DNA from: Minisyncoccota bacterium
GTDB taxonomy: Bacteria > Patescibacteriota > Minisyncoccia > Minisyncoccales > JAGOPM01
DNA: 64,000 nt
Direction: 5' to 3'
Assembly: GCA_041651395.1 (NCBI GenBank)
Contig: JBAZJI010000001.1
Location: 182,533 to 246,532, forward strand
Shown here: in pieces, positions 37,230-46,333 of the stretch
Layout: the number at the start of each line of letters is the position of its first letter
Position numbering within the stretch: the first letter of the stretch is position 1
Made by a program: the position numbers and the translations under genes
The notes under the pieces: generated by a model
What the model was told of the DNA's origin: nothing
Databases searched by the model: none
The model's input: only the letters and a program-made list of their open reading frames with translations

Positions 37230-37640
37230 ATGTCTTTATTGATGCCATCAAAAGTTAAATTCAGAAAGATGCAGAAGGGCCGCAACCGGGGTATTGCCCG
37301 CCGCGGCACTACTTTGTCTTTTGGCGCTTTCGGGATTAAATCCTTGGAGCACGGATACATTACTTCCAGGCAGTTGGAAGCCTCTAGACGCGTCATTTTG
37401 CGCTTCTTGAAAAAGGGCGGAAAAATGTGGATTAGGATTTTCCCTGCTAAGCCCATTACCACTAAAGGCGCGGAAATGCCTATGGGTGGAGGTAAGGGTG
37501 CGGTTGATCATTATGCTTTTCCTTGCCAGCCGGGCAGAGTAATTTTTGAGCTCGACGGTTTAACCGAGGCCGAAGCTAGAGAAGCTTTGACCAAAGCTGC
37601 GCACAAATTACCAGTGGCCGTTAAATTCATTTTGAAGTGA
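37230..37640 (+). CDS. rplP: 50S ribosomal protein L16 (the true start may be the internal ATG at 37242)
   Basis: PSKVKFRKMQKGR…MWIRIFPAKPITTKGAEMPMGGGKG matches L16. Confidence 0.9.
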   Translation: MSLLMPSKVKFRKMQKGRNRGIARRGTTLSFGAFGIKSLEHGYITSRQLEASRRVILRFLKKGGKMWIRIFPAKPITTKGAEMPMGGGKGAVDHYAFPCQPGRVIFELDGLTEAEAREALTKAAHKLPVAVKFILK

Positions 37641-37641
37641 T

Positions 37642-37836
37642 ATGGATACCAAAGAATTAAAACAGAAAACGCATAAAGAATTGTTGGACATGCTCGCCGA
37701 GCAGCGCAAGAAAATTGAACAGATGCGCTTTGACATCGCTGCCGGAAAACTGAAAAAGACCCATGAGTACGGTTTAGCCCGTAAGACCGTGGCTAGAATT
37801 AAGACAATTCTGAAAATAAGCCAAAACAAGCAATAA
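37642..37836 (+). CDS. rpmC: 50S ribosomal protein L29
   Basis: 64 aa, helical, ELKQKTHKELLDMLAEQRKKIEQMRF; position between L16 and S17. Confidence 0.8.
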   Translation: MDTKELKQKTHKELLDMLAEQRKKIEQMRFDIAAGKLKKTHEYGLARKTVARIKTILKISQNKQ

Positions 37837-37837
37837 T

Positions 37838-38071
37838 ATGGCTAATAAGATTTTCAAAGGAATAGTAACTTCCAACAAGATGGCCAAAACCATCACCGTG
37901 GAAGTGGAAAGCATTAAACGCGATACCAAATACAGGAGGTCTTTCAAGAGCCACACCAAACTGCACGCTCATTGTGAGGATTCTGCCAAATACGGCGTGG
38001 GGCAGAGCGTGGCCATTACTCAGTGCCGGCCACTCTCTAAGACCAAGAAATTTATTGTCGTCGAAGGTTAA
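37838..38071 (+). CDS. rpsQ: 30S ribosomal protein S17
   Basis: GIVTSNKMAKTITVEVE…KYRRSFKSHTKLHAHCE matches S17. Confidence 0.85.
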   Translation: MANKIFKGIVTSNKMAKTITVEVESIKRDTKYRRSFKSHTKLHAHCEDSAKYGVGQSVAITQCRPLSKTKKFIVVEG

Positions 38072-38087
38072 AGATTAAAACGATACC

Positions 38088-38456
38088 ATGATACAGACTA
38101 GATCAATGTTAATAGTTGCAGATAATACAGGCGCAAAAGTTGCCCAGTGTTTTCGCATCTTGGGCGGAACAAAACACCGCTATGCACAATTAGGCGATGT
38201 GATTGTTTGCGCAGTAAAAAAAGCTGAGCCGCGCAGATTAGTCAAGAAACATGACAAAGTGCGCGCCGTTATTGTCCGCCAAAAAAGGGCCTTCAAAAGG
38301 GCCGACGGGAGCTATGTCTCTTTTGATGACAACGCTGTTGTAATCATTGATGACAAAGGCCAGCCCAAGGGAGGTCGTATTTTTGGACCTATCCCGCGCG
38401 AAATTAAAGAAAAAGGCTTCGACGCAGTCGCAGCTTTGGCAAAAGAAATAGTATGA
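38088..38456 (+). CDS. rplN: 50S ribosomal protein L14
   Basis: MIQTRSMLIVADNTGAK…GGRIFGPIPRE matches L14. Confidence 0.9.
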   Translation: MIQTRSMLIVADNTGAKVAQCFRILGGTKHRYAQLGDVIVCAVKKAEPRRLVKKHDKVRAVIVRQKRAFKRADGSYVSFDDNAVVIIDDKGQPKGGRIFGPIPREIKEKGFDAVAALAKEIV

Positions 38457-38779
38457 AGATAAAAAAAGGCGATAAAGTTTTAATAATTTCTGGCAAGTCC
38501 CGCGGAAAGCAGGGAAAGGTTCTGCAGGTTTTTCCAGAAAGAGAGAGGATTGTGGTAGAGGGTGCCAATATCGGCAAGAGGCACACTAAGCCCAAACAGC
38601 AAGGCGAAAAAGGGCAGACCATCGAGAGGCCGATGCCGTTGCATGTCAGCAATGCCAAATTAATTTGCCCTAAATGCAACGCGCCGGCCCGGATAGGTTA
38701 TCGGGTGAACACTGCAAAAGACGAAAAAGGTTCCAGGGTGAAAGTGCGCATCTGTAAAAAGTGCGGCAGCGAAGTTTAA
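38453..38779 (+). CDS. rplX: 50S ribosomal protein L24 with C-terminal Cys4 zinc-ribbon-like tail
   Basis: KOW-type N-terminus (KIKKGDKVLIISGKSRGKQGKV) followed by CPKC…(21 aa)…CKKC. Confidence 0.85.
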   Translation: MKIKKGDKVLIISGKSRGKQGKVLQVFPERERIVVEGANIGKRHTKPKQQGEKGQTIERPMPLHVSNAKLICPKCNAPARIGYRVNTAKDEKGSRVKVRICKKCGSEV

Positions 38780-38793
38780 TTTAGCTTATTATC

Positions 38794-39345
38794 ATGTTGC
38801 AGGAAATCTATAAAAAAGAGGTCATGGCCAAAATGCAAAAGGAACATGGTTTCAAAAACACCATGGCTATACCCAAAATAACGAAGGTGGTCATTAATAC
38901 CGGCTTTGGCAGGCAGGCAACCAGTTTGACTAAGGACCAGCTCAAGAGATTTGTGGAAACCGTGGAAAATGATGTTTCTGCCGTTACTGGTCAGAAGGCG
39001 GTTTTGACCCGCGCCCACAAATCAATTTCTAGTTTCAAATTGAGGCAGGGTTTGGTTATTGGCGCTAAAGTCACTTTACGTGGCAAGAGGATGTATGACT
39101 TCCTTGAACGCCTTGTTTATATTGCCTTGCCGCGCACCCGTGACTTCCGCGGAATAGATACTAAGAATGTCGACAAGAACGGCAACCTTTCCATCGGCAT
39201 TAAGGAGCACACGGTTTTCCCGGAAATTATTCAAGATAAGGAAAAGCAGATTTTAGGCATGGAAATTACGGTCGTAACCACTGCCAAAAATCATGATGAC
39301 GCTTTGACACTTCTTAAACTCATGGGATTCCCGTTCAAAAAATAA
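38794..39345 (+). CDS. rplE: 50S ribosomal protein L5
   Basis: PKITKVVINTGFG… and RDFRGI blocks. Confidence 0.9.
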   Translation: MLQEIYKKEVMAKMQKEHGFKNTMAIPKITKVVINTGFGRQATSLTKDQLKRFVETVENDVSAVTGQKAVLTRAHKSISSFKLRQGLVIGAKVTLRGKRMYDFLERLVYIALPRTRDFRGIDTKNVDKNGNLSIGIKEHTVFPEIIQDKEKQILGMEITVVTTAKNHDDALTLLKLMGFPFKK

Positions 39346-39354
39346 AGAACTACC

Positions 39355-39540
39355 ATGGCAGTTGCAGCACAAATCGCAAAATCAAAAAAGAAACCCAAGT
39401 ATTCAACCCGCCAGTCGCGCCGCTGTTTTAGGTGCGGGCGCAAGCACGCCTACATGAGGGCCTTCGGCCTTTGCAGGATTTGCTTCCGCGAAATGGCCAA
39501 TAAAGGTTTGATACCCGGAGTGAAAAAATCAAGCTGGTAA
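39355..39540 (+). CDS. rpsZ: 30S ribosomal protein S14, zinc-binding type Z (61 aa)
   Basis: [24 protein letters not shown] is the CxxC…CxxC short-form S14. Confidence 0.85.
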   Translation: MAVAAQIAKSKKKPKYSTRQSRRCFRCGRKHAYMRAFGLCRICFREMANKGLIPGVKKSSW

Positions 39541-39544
39541 AAAT

Positions 39545-39931
39545 ATGGACCCAATCGTTGATATGTTGAATAGGATCCGCAATGCCCAAGCTTCCGCCAA
39601 GGAGGTCGTGGACATTCCGCAATCCCGAATAAAATATGAAATCGCCCAAGTACTCGAAAAGTACGGATTTGTCGGCAAGATCGAAAGGTCCGGCCGCAAG
39701 GGCAAGAAGCTGATGCATGTTTCCCTTATTTATCGCGAAGGACAGCCCGCTGTTAGCGGTATCAAGCGTGTCAGCCGCCAAGGACAGAGGATTTATTCTG
39801 CCTACACCCAGCTCAAAGCGATTAAGGGTGGCAAGGGGATTTCTATAATTTCCACCTCCAAAGGTATTATGAGCAATGTCGAGGCCCGCAAGCAAAAGGT
39901 CGGAGGGGAAGTGTTAGCGGAAGTTTGGTAA
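39545..39931 (+). CDS. rpsH: 30S ribosomal protein S8
   Basis: MDPIVDMLNRIRNAQ…GGEVLAEVW matches S8. Confidence 0.9.
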   Translation: MDPIVDMLNRIRNAQASAKEVVDIPQSRIKYEIAQVLEKYGFVGKIERSGRKGKKLMHVSLIYREGQPAVSGIKRVSRQGQRIYSAYTQLKAIKGGKGISIISTSKGIMSNVEARKQKVGGEVLAEVW

Positions 39932-39947
39932 TTAAAGAAACAATAAT

Positions 39948-40490
39948 ATGTCTCGTATAGGAAAAAAACCAATACAGATTCCTACGGGGGTCGAAGTCAA
40001 AGTTGACGGCTCCAAGGTTTTTGTCAAAGGAACAAAAGGGCAGCTTGAAATGACAGCGCACCCTTCCATTGAAGTTAAATTGGAGGGCACTTGTGTTACT
40101 TTCACTCCGAAATTTGAAGATAAAGATACCAGGGCTTTGTGGGGTTTAACCCGCGCCTTGGTGCAAAATATGATTAACGGCGTGACCACCGGCTATGAGA
40201 AGCGTTTGGAAATACAGGGTATCGGTTATGGCGCCACGGTGGAGGGCGGGAACCTCGTACTTAAGGTGGGTTACACCCACCCGGTGAAGATTGTTAAAGA
40301 GCAGGGAATCGATTTCAAAGTGGAAAAGAATATCGTTATTGTAAGCGGTATCGACAAGGAAAAAGTCGGCAATATTGCAGCGAAGATCCGCGCCACTCGC
40401 AAGCCCGAACCATATTTGGGCAAGGGTATTCGTTACCAAGGCGAGGTGGTTCGCAAGAAATTGGGTAAGAAAGCTGCCAAAGCCGCATAA
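39948..40490 (+). CDS. rplF: 50S ribosomal protein L6
   Basis: MSRIGKKPIQIPTGVEVKVDG…YKGKGIRY matches L6. Confidence 0.9.
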   Translation: MSRIGKKPIQIPTGVEVKVDGSKVFVKGTKGQLEMTAHPSIEVKLEGTCVTFTPKFEDKDTRALWGLTRALVQNMINGVTTGYEKRLEIQGIGYGATVEGGNLVLKVGYTHPVKIVKEQGIDFKVEKNIVIVSGIDKEKVGNIAAKIRATRKPEPYLGKGIRYQGEVVRKKLGKKAAKAA

Positions 40491-40507
40491 TCTAACTGAC
40501 TAATACC

Positions 40508-40849
40508 ATGCAAAAGACACAGGAAAAAAGAATACGCAGGCATGTGCGCATCCGCGCCAAAGTCCAGGGAACTGCAGAGTGCCCCAGACTTTGCGTCTTC
40601 CGCTCCAATAAGCATATTTATGCCCAATTGATAAATGATCAGACCGGCAAGATAATCGCCTCCAGTAGCGACTTAAAAGATGCCAAGGGTAAGAAGATGG
40701 AGAGGGCTTCAGAAATCGGAAAAGCTATTGCCGAGCTCGCCAAGAAACAGAAAATCGAAAAAGTCGTTTTTGATCGTGGGGGCAACAGGTATCATGGCCG
40801 GGTTAAGGCCTTGGCCGAAAGCGCCCGCCAAGCCGGCTTAAAATTCTAA
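40508..40849 (+). CDS. rplR: 50S ribosomal protein L18
   Basis: [28 protein letters not shown]… matches L18. Confidence 0.85.
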   Translation: MQKTQEKRIRRHVRIRAKVQGTAECPRLCVFRSNKHIYAQLINDQTGKIIASSSDLKDAKGKKMERASEIGKAIAELAKKQKIEKVVFDRGGNRYHGRVKALAESARQAGLKF

Positions 40850-40859
40850 TCGAAATATC

Positions 40860-41633
40860 ATGGAACAGGACAATACTCAACAACAAAATAACGTCCCTCA
40901 AGCTCCAGCCCCACAAGCAGCGGCCGCTCCACAGGGAGCCAGACAGCAACGCGGTTTTGGCGGCCCAAGACAAGGCGGTTTTAATCGCGGTCCCGGTGGA
41001 CAAGGAGGACCTGGCAGAGGCGGCTTTGGCGGAGGACGCGGCGGTTTTAATCGTGGCGGCCGGCCGGGCGAAGGGGGTTTTGGCGGCAAACCAGGATTCC
41101 GGAGGGGTTTTGGCGGCCCGAGGGGCGACAAACCGGAAAAACTTTACGATTCGAAAACTATCGAAATTTCCCGCGTGACCCGTGTGACTGGTGGCGGTAA
41201 GAAAATGAGCTTCCGCTCCATTGTGGTTATCGGAGATAAAAATGGCAAGGTTGGTTTGGGTGTGGCCAAGGGTAAAGATGTGGCCATGGCCAACGAGAAA
41301 GCCGGCCGTTATGCTAAGCGCGCTATGATTATTGTGCCCATTGTTAATGGTACGATTCCCCATGAAGTGCGCAGTCGCGCCGGCGCTTCAGAAATAATTT
41401 TGAAACCGCAAACCCAAGGCCGCGGTATCGTGGCTGGTGGGGCTGCCAGAGTTATTTTTTCCATGGCCGGATACAAAAATGTTACGGCCAAGTATTTGGG
41501 CAATACCAAGAATAAGCTTAATAACGCGAGAGCAGCTTTCTTGGCGCTTTCCAAATTGAAAATGAATAAGAAAAAAGGCGAAGCCAAAGACCAATTGGCC
41601 GTGGCTAAGCCCAGTGACCAAATTCAAGAATAA
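40860..41633 (+). CDS. rpsE: 30S ribosomal protein S5 with ~95-aa Gly/Arg/Phe/Pro-rich N-terminal extension
   Basis: Core IEISRVTRVTGGGKKMSFRSIVVIGDKNGKVGLG…GRGIVAGGAARVIF matches S5. The N-terminus is (GGF/RGG/GGP)n low complexity with no internal Met. Confidence 0.85.
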   Translation: MEQDNTQQQNNVPQAPAPQAAAAPQGARQQRGFGGPRQGGFNRGPGGQGGPGRGGFGGGRGGFNRGGRPGEGGFGGKPGFRRGFGGPRGDKPEKLYDSKTIEISRVTRVTGGGKKMSFRSIVVIGDKNGKVGLGVAKGKDVAMANEKAGRYAKRAMIIVPIVNGTIPHEVRSRAGASEIILKPQTQGRGIVAGGAARVIFSMAGYKNVTAKYLGNTKNKLNNARAAFLALSKLKMNKKKGEAKDQLAVAKPSDQIQE

Positions 41634-41637
41634 AGGT

Positions 41638-42213
41638 ATGCAGACACACCAACTGAGCACAACCAATAATAGGGATAAGAAACGTATTGCTCGCGGAGGC
41701 GCCCATGGCGTTTTCTCCGGTCGAGGAGCTAAGGGTCAGCGTTCACGCGCGGGCCGCAACTTCCAGCCGATTATCAGGCAATTCGTTAAACGTTATCCCA
41801 AGAAGCGCGGTTATCGCTTTGAGGTTATTGAACTCAAGCCGATAATTTTGGAATTAGAGGCCGTGGCCAAGAAATTCCAAGCCAATGAAATTGTCAGCCC
41901 CAGCACTTTGTGCGAAAAGGGTTTGATTTCCATTTGGCATGGTTATTATCCGGAAGTTAAAATTTTGGGAACCTGCAAGCTCGACAAAGTTTTGAAGGTT
42001 TCCGGCGTTAAGATTTCCAATTCTGCCCGCAAGTGCATTGAAGAAGCCGGCGGGAGGGCCATTTATATCGCTAAAGCAAAACCGGCAGGCAAGAAAAAGA
42101 AAGGTAAGCCGGCTAAACCCGCCAAGGAAGTTAAGGAGGTTAAGGAAAACAAGGAAGAAACTCCTAAAAAGGAGGCTCCTGCCAAAAAAGCGGAGAAGAA
42201 AACCGCAAAGTAA
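41638..42213 (+). CDS. rplO: 50S ribosomal protein L15 with Lys-rich C-terminal extension; no L30 gene precedes it
   Basis: Start set at ATG 41638, just after the S5 stop at 41631-41633. ARGGAHGVFSGRGAKGQRSRAG is the L15 signature. rpsE runs directly into rplO with no rpmD. Confidence 0.8.
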   Translation: MQTHQLSTTNNRDKKRIARGGAHGVFSGRGAKGQRSRAGRNFQPIIRQFVKRYPKKRGYRFEVIELKPIILELEAVAKKFQANEIVSPSTLCEKGLISIWHGYYPEVKILGTCKLDKVLKVSGVKISNSARKCIEEAGGRAIYIAKAKPAGKKKKGKPAKPAKEVKEVKENKEETPKKEAPAKKAEKKTAK

Positions 42214-42264
42214 GCGCGCCTGCCCGTTTTCCAAACGGGCTAAGGCATATTATAATAGCTTATT

Positions 42265-43599
42265 ATGATCGGACACATTACACAAATATTCAAAACCAAG
42301 GATTTACGCAACAAATTTATTTTTGTGCTCGCTATGATGGCCATTTTCCGCCTGATGGCAAGCATTCCTGTTCCGGGAGTTGATATCTCTTTAATTACTA
42401 AGTTTTTTGCCAGCGGTCAGAATAGCGCGTTCGGATTTTTGAACATGATTTTGGGCGGAGGCTTGGAAAATCTTTCCTTGGTCATGTTAGGTATGGGCCC
42501 TTATATTACGGCCAGCATTATTTTCCAGCTTTTGGGCATGATTATCCCTTCCATTGAGGAAATGATGAAAGAAGGCGGGGAAGCAGGCCGCAAGACCATC
42601 AATCAGTGGAGCCGTTTGGCCACCGTGCCTTTGGCGCTCTTGCAGGGTTGGGCCATGATAAAACTTTTCCAAACCCAAGGCTTGATACCCAATTTGCCGC
42701 TTTCGGTTTTAATCAGCGCCTTGATTTCTATTGCCGCGGGTTCGGTTGTGGTTATGTTTTTGGGCGAGTTAATTTCTGAAAAGGGCATTGGCGACGGTGT
42801 ATCTTTGTTGATTTTTGCCGGTATCGTTTCCCGTTTGCCAAATGGCATTTACAATCAGATAATACTTTTTGATGCTTCGAATTTGAGCAGCATTCTGAAC
42901 ATGGCGGTTTTTGCCCTTATCTCTATTGCCATGATCGGCTTGGTTGTTTCTATTAATGAAGCCCGCCGCAATATCACGGTTTCCTATGCCAAGCAGGTCA
43001 GGGGGAATAAAATGTTTGGCGGCGTAACTACTTATTTGCCTTTATCCGTTAACCCGACTGGCGTTATCCCGGTTATTTTTGCCGTTTCTTTTATGGTTAT
43101 CCCCGGGGCTATTTTCCAGCTTTTGGCGCGCATTCCCTCCATGAAAGGTTTAGAGGGCGTTTCAGAATTTTTCGCTAGAACCTTTACGTCTTTTCCGTAC
43201 TGGGGGCCGATTCCCGGCGCAGTTTGGGGTGCGGGGCTTTATGATTTGATTTATTTCTTGTTGGTATTTTTCTTCACTTATTTTTATGCGGCCGTGGTTT
43301 TTAATCCCAAGGATATTGCCGACAATTTGCAAAAAACCGGCGGTTTTGTGCCCGGTATCAGGCCCGGCGAAAATACGGCTAAATACATCGACACTACGCT
43401 TAACAGGCTTTTATTGGTGGGCGCCGCTTTCTTGGGCTTTATTGCTATCGCCCCTTCCATTGTGGGCTCTTTGACCCAAATCCAAGGTTTTGACTTTTTG
43501 GTCGGTGGCACTTCGCTGCTCATCGTGGTATCCGTGGTTATGGATACAATCAAGAAGGTCAATGCCCAATTACAGATGAGAGATTACGAAACTATTTGA
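42265..43599 (+). CDS. secY: preprotein translocase subunit SecY
   Basis: 444 aa, 10 TM segments and conserved SecY blocks (GGTSLLI, QGF at the C-terminus). Confidence 0.9.
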   Translation: MIGHITQIFKTKDLRNKFIFVLAMMAIFRLMASIPVPGVDISLITKFFASGQNSAFGFLNMILGGGLENLSLVMLGMGPYITASIIFQLLGMIIPSIEEMMKEGGEAGRKTINQWSRLATVPLALLQGWAMIKLFQTQGLIPNLPLSVLISALISIAAGSVVVMFLGELISEKGIGDGVSLLIFAGIVSRLPNGIYNQIILFDASNLSSILNMAVFALISIAMIGLVVSINEARRNITVSYAKQVRGNKMFGGVTTYLPLSVNPTGVIPVIFAVSFMVIPGAIFQLLARIPSMKGLEGVSEFFARTFTSFPYWGPIPGAVWGAGLYDLIYFLLVFFFTYFYAAVVFNPKDIADNLQKTGGFVPGIRPGENTAKYIDTTLNRLLLVGAAFLGFIAIAPSIVGSLTQIQGFDFLVGGTSLLIVVSVVMDTIKKVNAQLQMRDYETI

Positions 43600-43612
43600 G
43601 AATTAAAAAAAT

Positions 43613-43638
43613 CCCCGCCCTCCGGCGGGGATTTTTTA
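43613..43638 (+). terminator. strong Rho-independent terminator after secY (ccccgcc-ctcc-ggcgggg + TTTTTT)
   Basis: Read directly. Confidence 0.6.
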
Positions 43639-43667
43639 TTGACTGGAGGAATGTTCTCCCCTATATT
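43639..43667 (+). promoter_or_regulatory. promoter candidate TTGACT-17 nt-TATATT, with AGGAGG RBS 6 nt before ATG 43700
   Basis: Read directly. Defines an independent transcription unit between secY and adk. Confidence 0.4.
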
Positions 43668-43699
43668 GTGGGTGGACCATTAAAAAAAGGAGGGTTCTG

Positions 43700-44238
43700 A
43701 TGGTGCGAAAATATTTTAGCTGTGAACCGTTTGTGTCTGGCCTCTTTGAGCGCGTGGAGGCCCAAGCTGCCGCCGATTGCCAATCCCAAAGCAAAATTGA
43801 ATCATTGACTTTTAAGATTGGCGAGGCTTTGGAAAGTGATTTACAAGGTTTTTTTCCCAGGCCATGCAAACGGCTAAGGAATTGCCTGAGTTGCGCGTTG
43901 ATACCTTCAAGACATTTTATGAGAGGGTAAAAGACCCGACCAGCCAGCAAGAGTCCGAGGAATTCCGGGATGCGTATCTGGCGCAGATGCAGTATATTTT
44001 TGTGCCTGGCCCCAAAGCCGATACCGTTGAATTTCAAATCACGGGCGTTCATGCTTATTCGGGCAGTTGCCGCTTGACTGTGGAAGCGATTTTCCGGAGC
44101 CAGGATCTGCCGGTTTTAAGGACGAGCCTTTGGTTGGCCAATGACGAGCATTGGGCGAATTTCCACTCGCTGATAAATTTGGCTTGTAACAAAATTATTC
44201 TCGACTCGGCCGCTTGCTATTCGCAGATGAGCCGTTAG
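43700..44238 (+). CDS. hypothetical protein encoded by two overlapping ORFs (43700-43930 and 43864-44238) consistent with a -1 frameshift at a T7 run (43849-43855)
   Basis: Good promoter and RBS serve only the first ORF. The second ORF is in the -1 frame and opens at 43840, spanning the slippery T TTT TTT C. The joined product would be about 180 aa. Confidence 0.4.
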
Positions 44239-44260
44239 CCGCCTTTAGGGCGGCTTTTAT
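44237..44260 (+). terminator. terminator hairpin gccgcc-ttta-gggcggc + TTTT
   Basis: Read directly, overlapping the stop at 44236-44238. Confidence 0.5.
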
Positions 44261-44309
44261 TTGATCAGGGTTTTGCCATTGGCAAAAGTGTGTTATTCTG
44301 GGTAAAGGT

Positions 44310-45008
44310 ATGGAGAAGGAAAAATTTATAATACTCATTGGCCCGCCGGGTTCGGGCAAAGGCACGCAGGCCACGCTTTTATCTGAGCGTTTAGGCTTAT
44401 ATCTTTTTGAAACTTCTAAGATTTTGGAAGATTGGTTTGCCAAATCACGCGACGATGATTTTGTGGAAGCTGATGGCCAGAAATTTTACGCCAAGGCCGA
44501 AAAAGAAATGCGCTCCCAGGGCATCTTGTGCAGCCCGCCTTTTGTCACTAAACTGGTGCACGACAAGATTGAGCAACTTTTTAATGAAGGCAAAGGCGTT
44601 ATTACTTCGGGCAGCCCGCGCACACTCTATGAAGGCGAAAAGCTCGTGCCGTTTTTAGAAAAGCTTTATGGCCGGGAAAATATTTGGGTTTGTGTTTTAG
44701 ATCAGGATGTCGAAACCTCAATTTTCCGCAACAGCCACAGGCGTATTTGCGAACTAATGCGCCATTCAATTTTACATTCCGAGGAATTTGAAAAGCTAGA
44801 ATATTGCCCGATTGACGGCAGTAAACTTGTAAAAAGAGTAGGAGTAGGGGACGATCCGGAGCATATCAGGGTGCGTTATTCTCAGTATAAAGAGCGCACG
44901 GAGCCCTTGGTGGGATTTTTCCAAAAAGAAGGTTTGAAGGTTAAAATATTTTCCGGAGAAAATACGCCCGCCAAACTTTTTGATGAATTATTAGGATTTT
45001 TGTCATGA
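44310..45008 (+). CDS. adk: adenylate kinase
   Basis: GPPGSGKGTQA P-loop and lid region with Cys/His; conserved position before map. Confidence 0.75.
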   Translation: MEKEKFIILIGPPGSGKGTQATLLSERLGLYLFETSKILEDWFAKSRDDDFVEADGQKFYAKAEKEMRSQGILCSPPFVTKLVHDKIEQLFNEGKGVITSGSPRTLYEGEKLVPFLEKLYGRENIWVCVLDQDVETSIFRNSHRRICELMRHSILHSEEFEKLEYCPIDGSKLVKRVGVGDDPEHIRVRYSQYKERTEPLVGFFQKEGLKVKIFSGENTPAKLFDELLGFLS

Positions 45009-45751
45009 TTATTTTGAAGACTAAAGAGGAAATAGAAATAATGCGCGAAGGCGGCAAGCTGCTTTCCGCTATTTTGCAGGAACTGGCTAAAATGGTTAAG
45101 CCGGGAATTTTGGATACTGAAATCGAAGAAGCTTGCGCCAAACTTCTTTTGCAGAATGGGCTTAAAAGCAATTTCAAGGATTATGGCGGCTTTCCTAATG
45201 TGACCTGTATTTCTATTAATGATGTGGTGGTGCACGGAATCGCCAATGGCACCGTCTTAAAAGACGGTGATCTCCTGTCACTGGACTGCGGAGCGATTTA
45301 TAAAGGCTACAATACTGATATGGCCATCAGCTTGGTTGTGGGGCACCCGGATTATGAGGCGCAACGTTTGTGCAAAGTTGCTAAAGAATCTTTGAAGCTA
45401 GGTATCAGAACAGCCGTGCCGGGTAATACTTTTGGTGACATTGGATATGAAATCCAAAAGTATGTCGAGGCGCAAGGCTTCTCAGTGGTGCGCGATTTGT
45501 GTGGACATGGGATTGGCAAAGAGCTCCACGAGGATCCGCAAATCCTTAATTATGGCAAAAAGGGGACGGGCCAAGTTATTAAAAAAGGAATGGTTTTTTG
45601 TATTGAGCCGATGATTACTAATGGCGATTGGGAAATTAAAAAAGGCCTCGACGGTTTTTCTTATAAGACAGTTGACGGCTCATTGGCTTCTCATTTTGAG
45701 CATATGGTAGCCATTACAGATAATGGCCCAGAGGCTTTAACTTATTCATAA
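45005..45751 (+). CDS. map: type I methionine aminopeptidase
   Basis: 248 aa with DxxxxDxG…H…E…E metal-ligand pattern (DGDLLSLDCGAIYKGYNTD…HGIG…FCIEPM…HFEHMV). Confidence 0.9.
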   Translation: MIILKTKEEIEIMREGGKLLSAILQELAKMVKPGILDTEIEEACAKLLLQNGLKSNFKDYGGFPNVTCISINDVVVHGIANGTVLKDGDLLSLDCGAIYKGYNTDMAISLVVGHPDYEAQRLCKVAKESLKLGIRTAVPGNTFGDIGYEIQKYVEAQGFSVVRDLCGHGIGKELHEDPQILNYGKKGTGQVIKKGMVFCIEPMITNGDWEIKKGLDGFSYKTVDGSLASHFEHMVAITDNGPEALTYS

Positions 45752-45778
45752 ATCATAATATAATTAAACAGACAAAAT

Positions 45779-46276
45779 ATGCTCAAGATATGGCAAATTA
45801 AGCCAAACCCCGAGGGTAAAGATCGTTACGACGGCGTTTCGGACGCCCCGATACATCAAGTTTCTAGCGAGTGGATCGATTTGAAATACGATGCTTTGGT
45901 AGGGCACTATGTGATGGGGGGAGTAAAGCTTCAAAAGCAGATTGAAAAAGATGGACAAGTAATTTGGTGGGATGTTTTAGAATTTCCCGCCGATATTCAC
46001 TTTGAGTTGGGTTCAGAAAAAGTTTTGCGCATCCATTCCGGTAAGCTTATGGCTGAAGCCGCCATGGAGCGCCAAGATCGGGAAGGGGCGGATTTCCATT
46101 TTTTTACCCAAAAGAGTTTTGTATGGAGCAATAAGGATGCCGAGAATATCCGGATTCTGGATAAGGATGGCAAAGTGCTTGATGAAGCGTCTTATGATCC
46201 TTGGCCGCCCGAGGGCGAAGTTTTGCACCGCAACGACAAGAATAAATTGATTTACGTCTTCAAGGAACAAGGTTAA
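45779..46276 (+). CDS. hypothetical protein (165 aa)
   Basis: Clean ORF after map with no recognised family. Terminator-like gccctcgtgaagcgggggcctttt follows at about 46288-46312. Confidence 0.45.
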   Translation: MLKIWQIKPNPEGKDRYDGVSDAPIHQVSSEWIDLKYDALVGHYVMGGVKLQKQIEKDGQVIWWDVLEFPADIHFELGSEKVLRIHSGKLMAEAAMERQDREGADFHFFTQKSFVWSNKDAENIRILDKDGKVLDEASYDPWPPEGEVLHRNDKNKLIYVFKEQG

Positions 46277-46333
46277 TAAATAGTTAAAGGCCCTCGTGAA
46301 GCGGGGGCCTTTTGTGATGCCTTGGTTCTTTAA

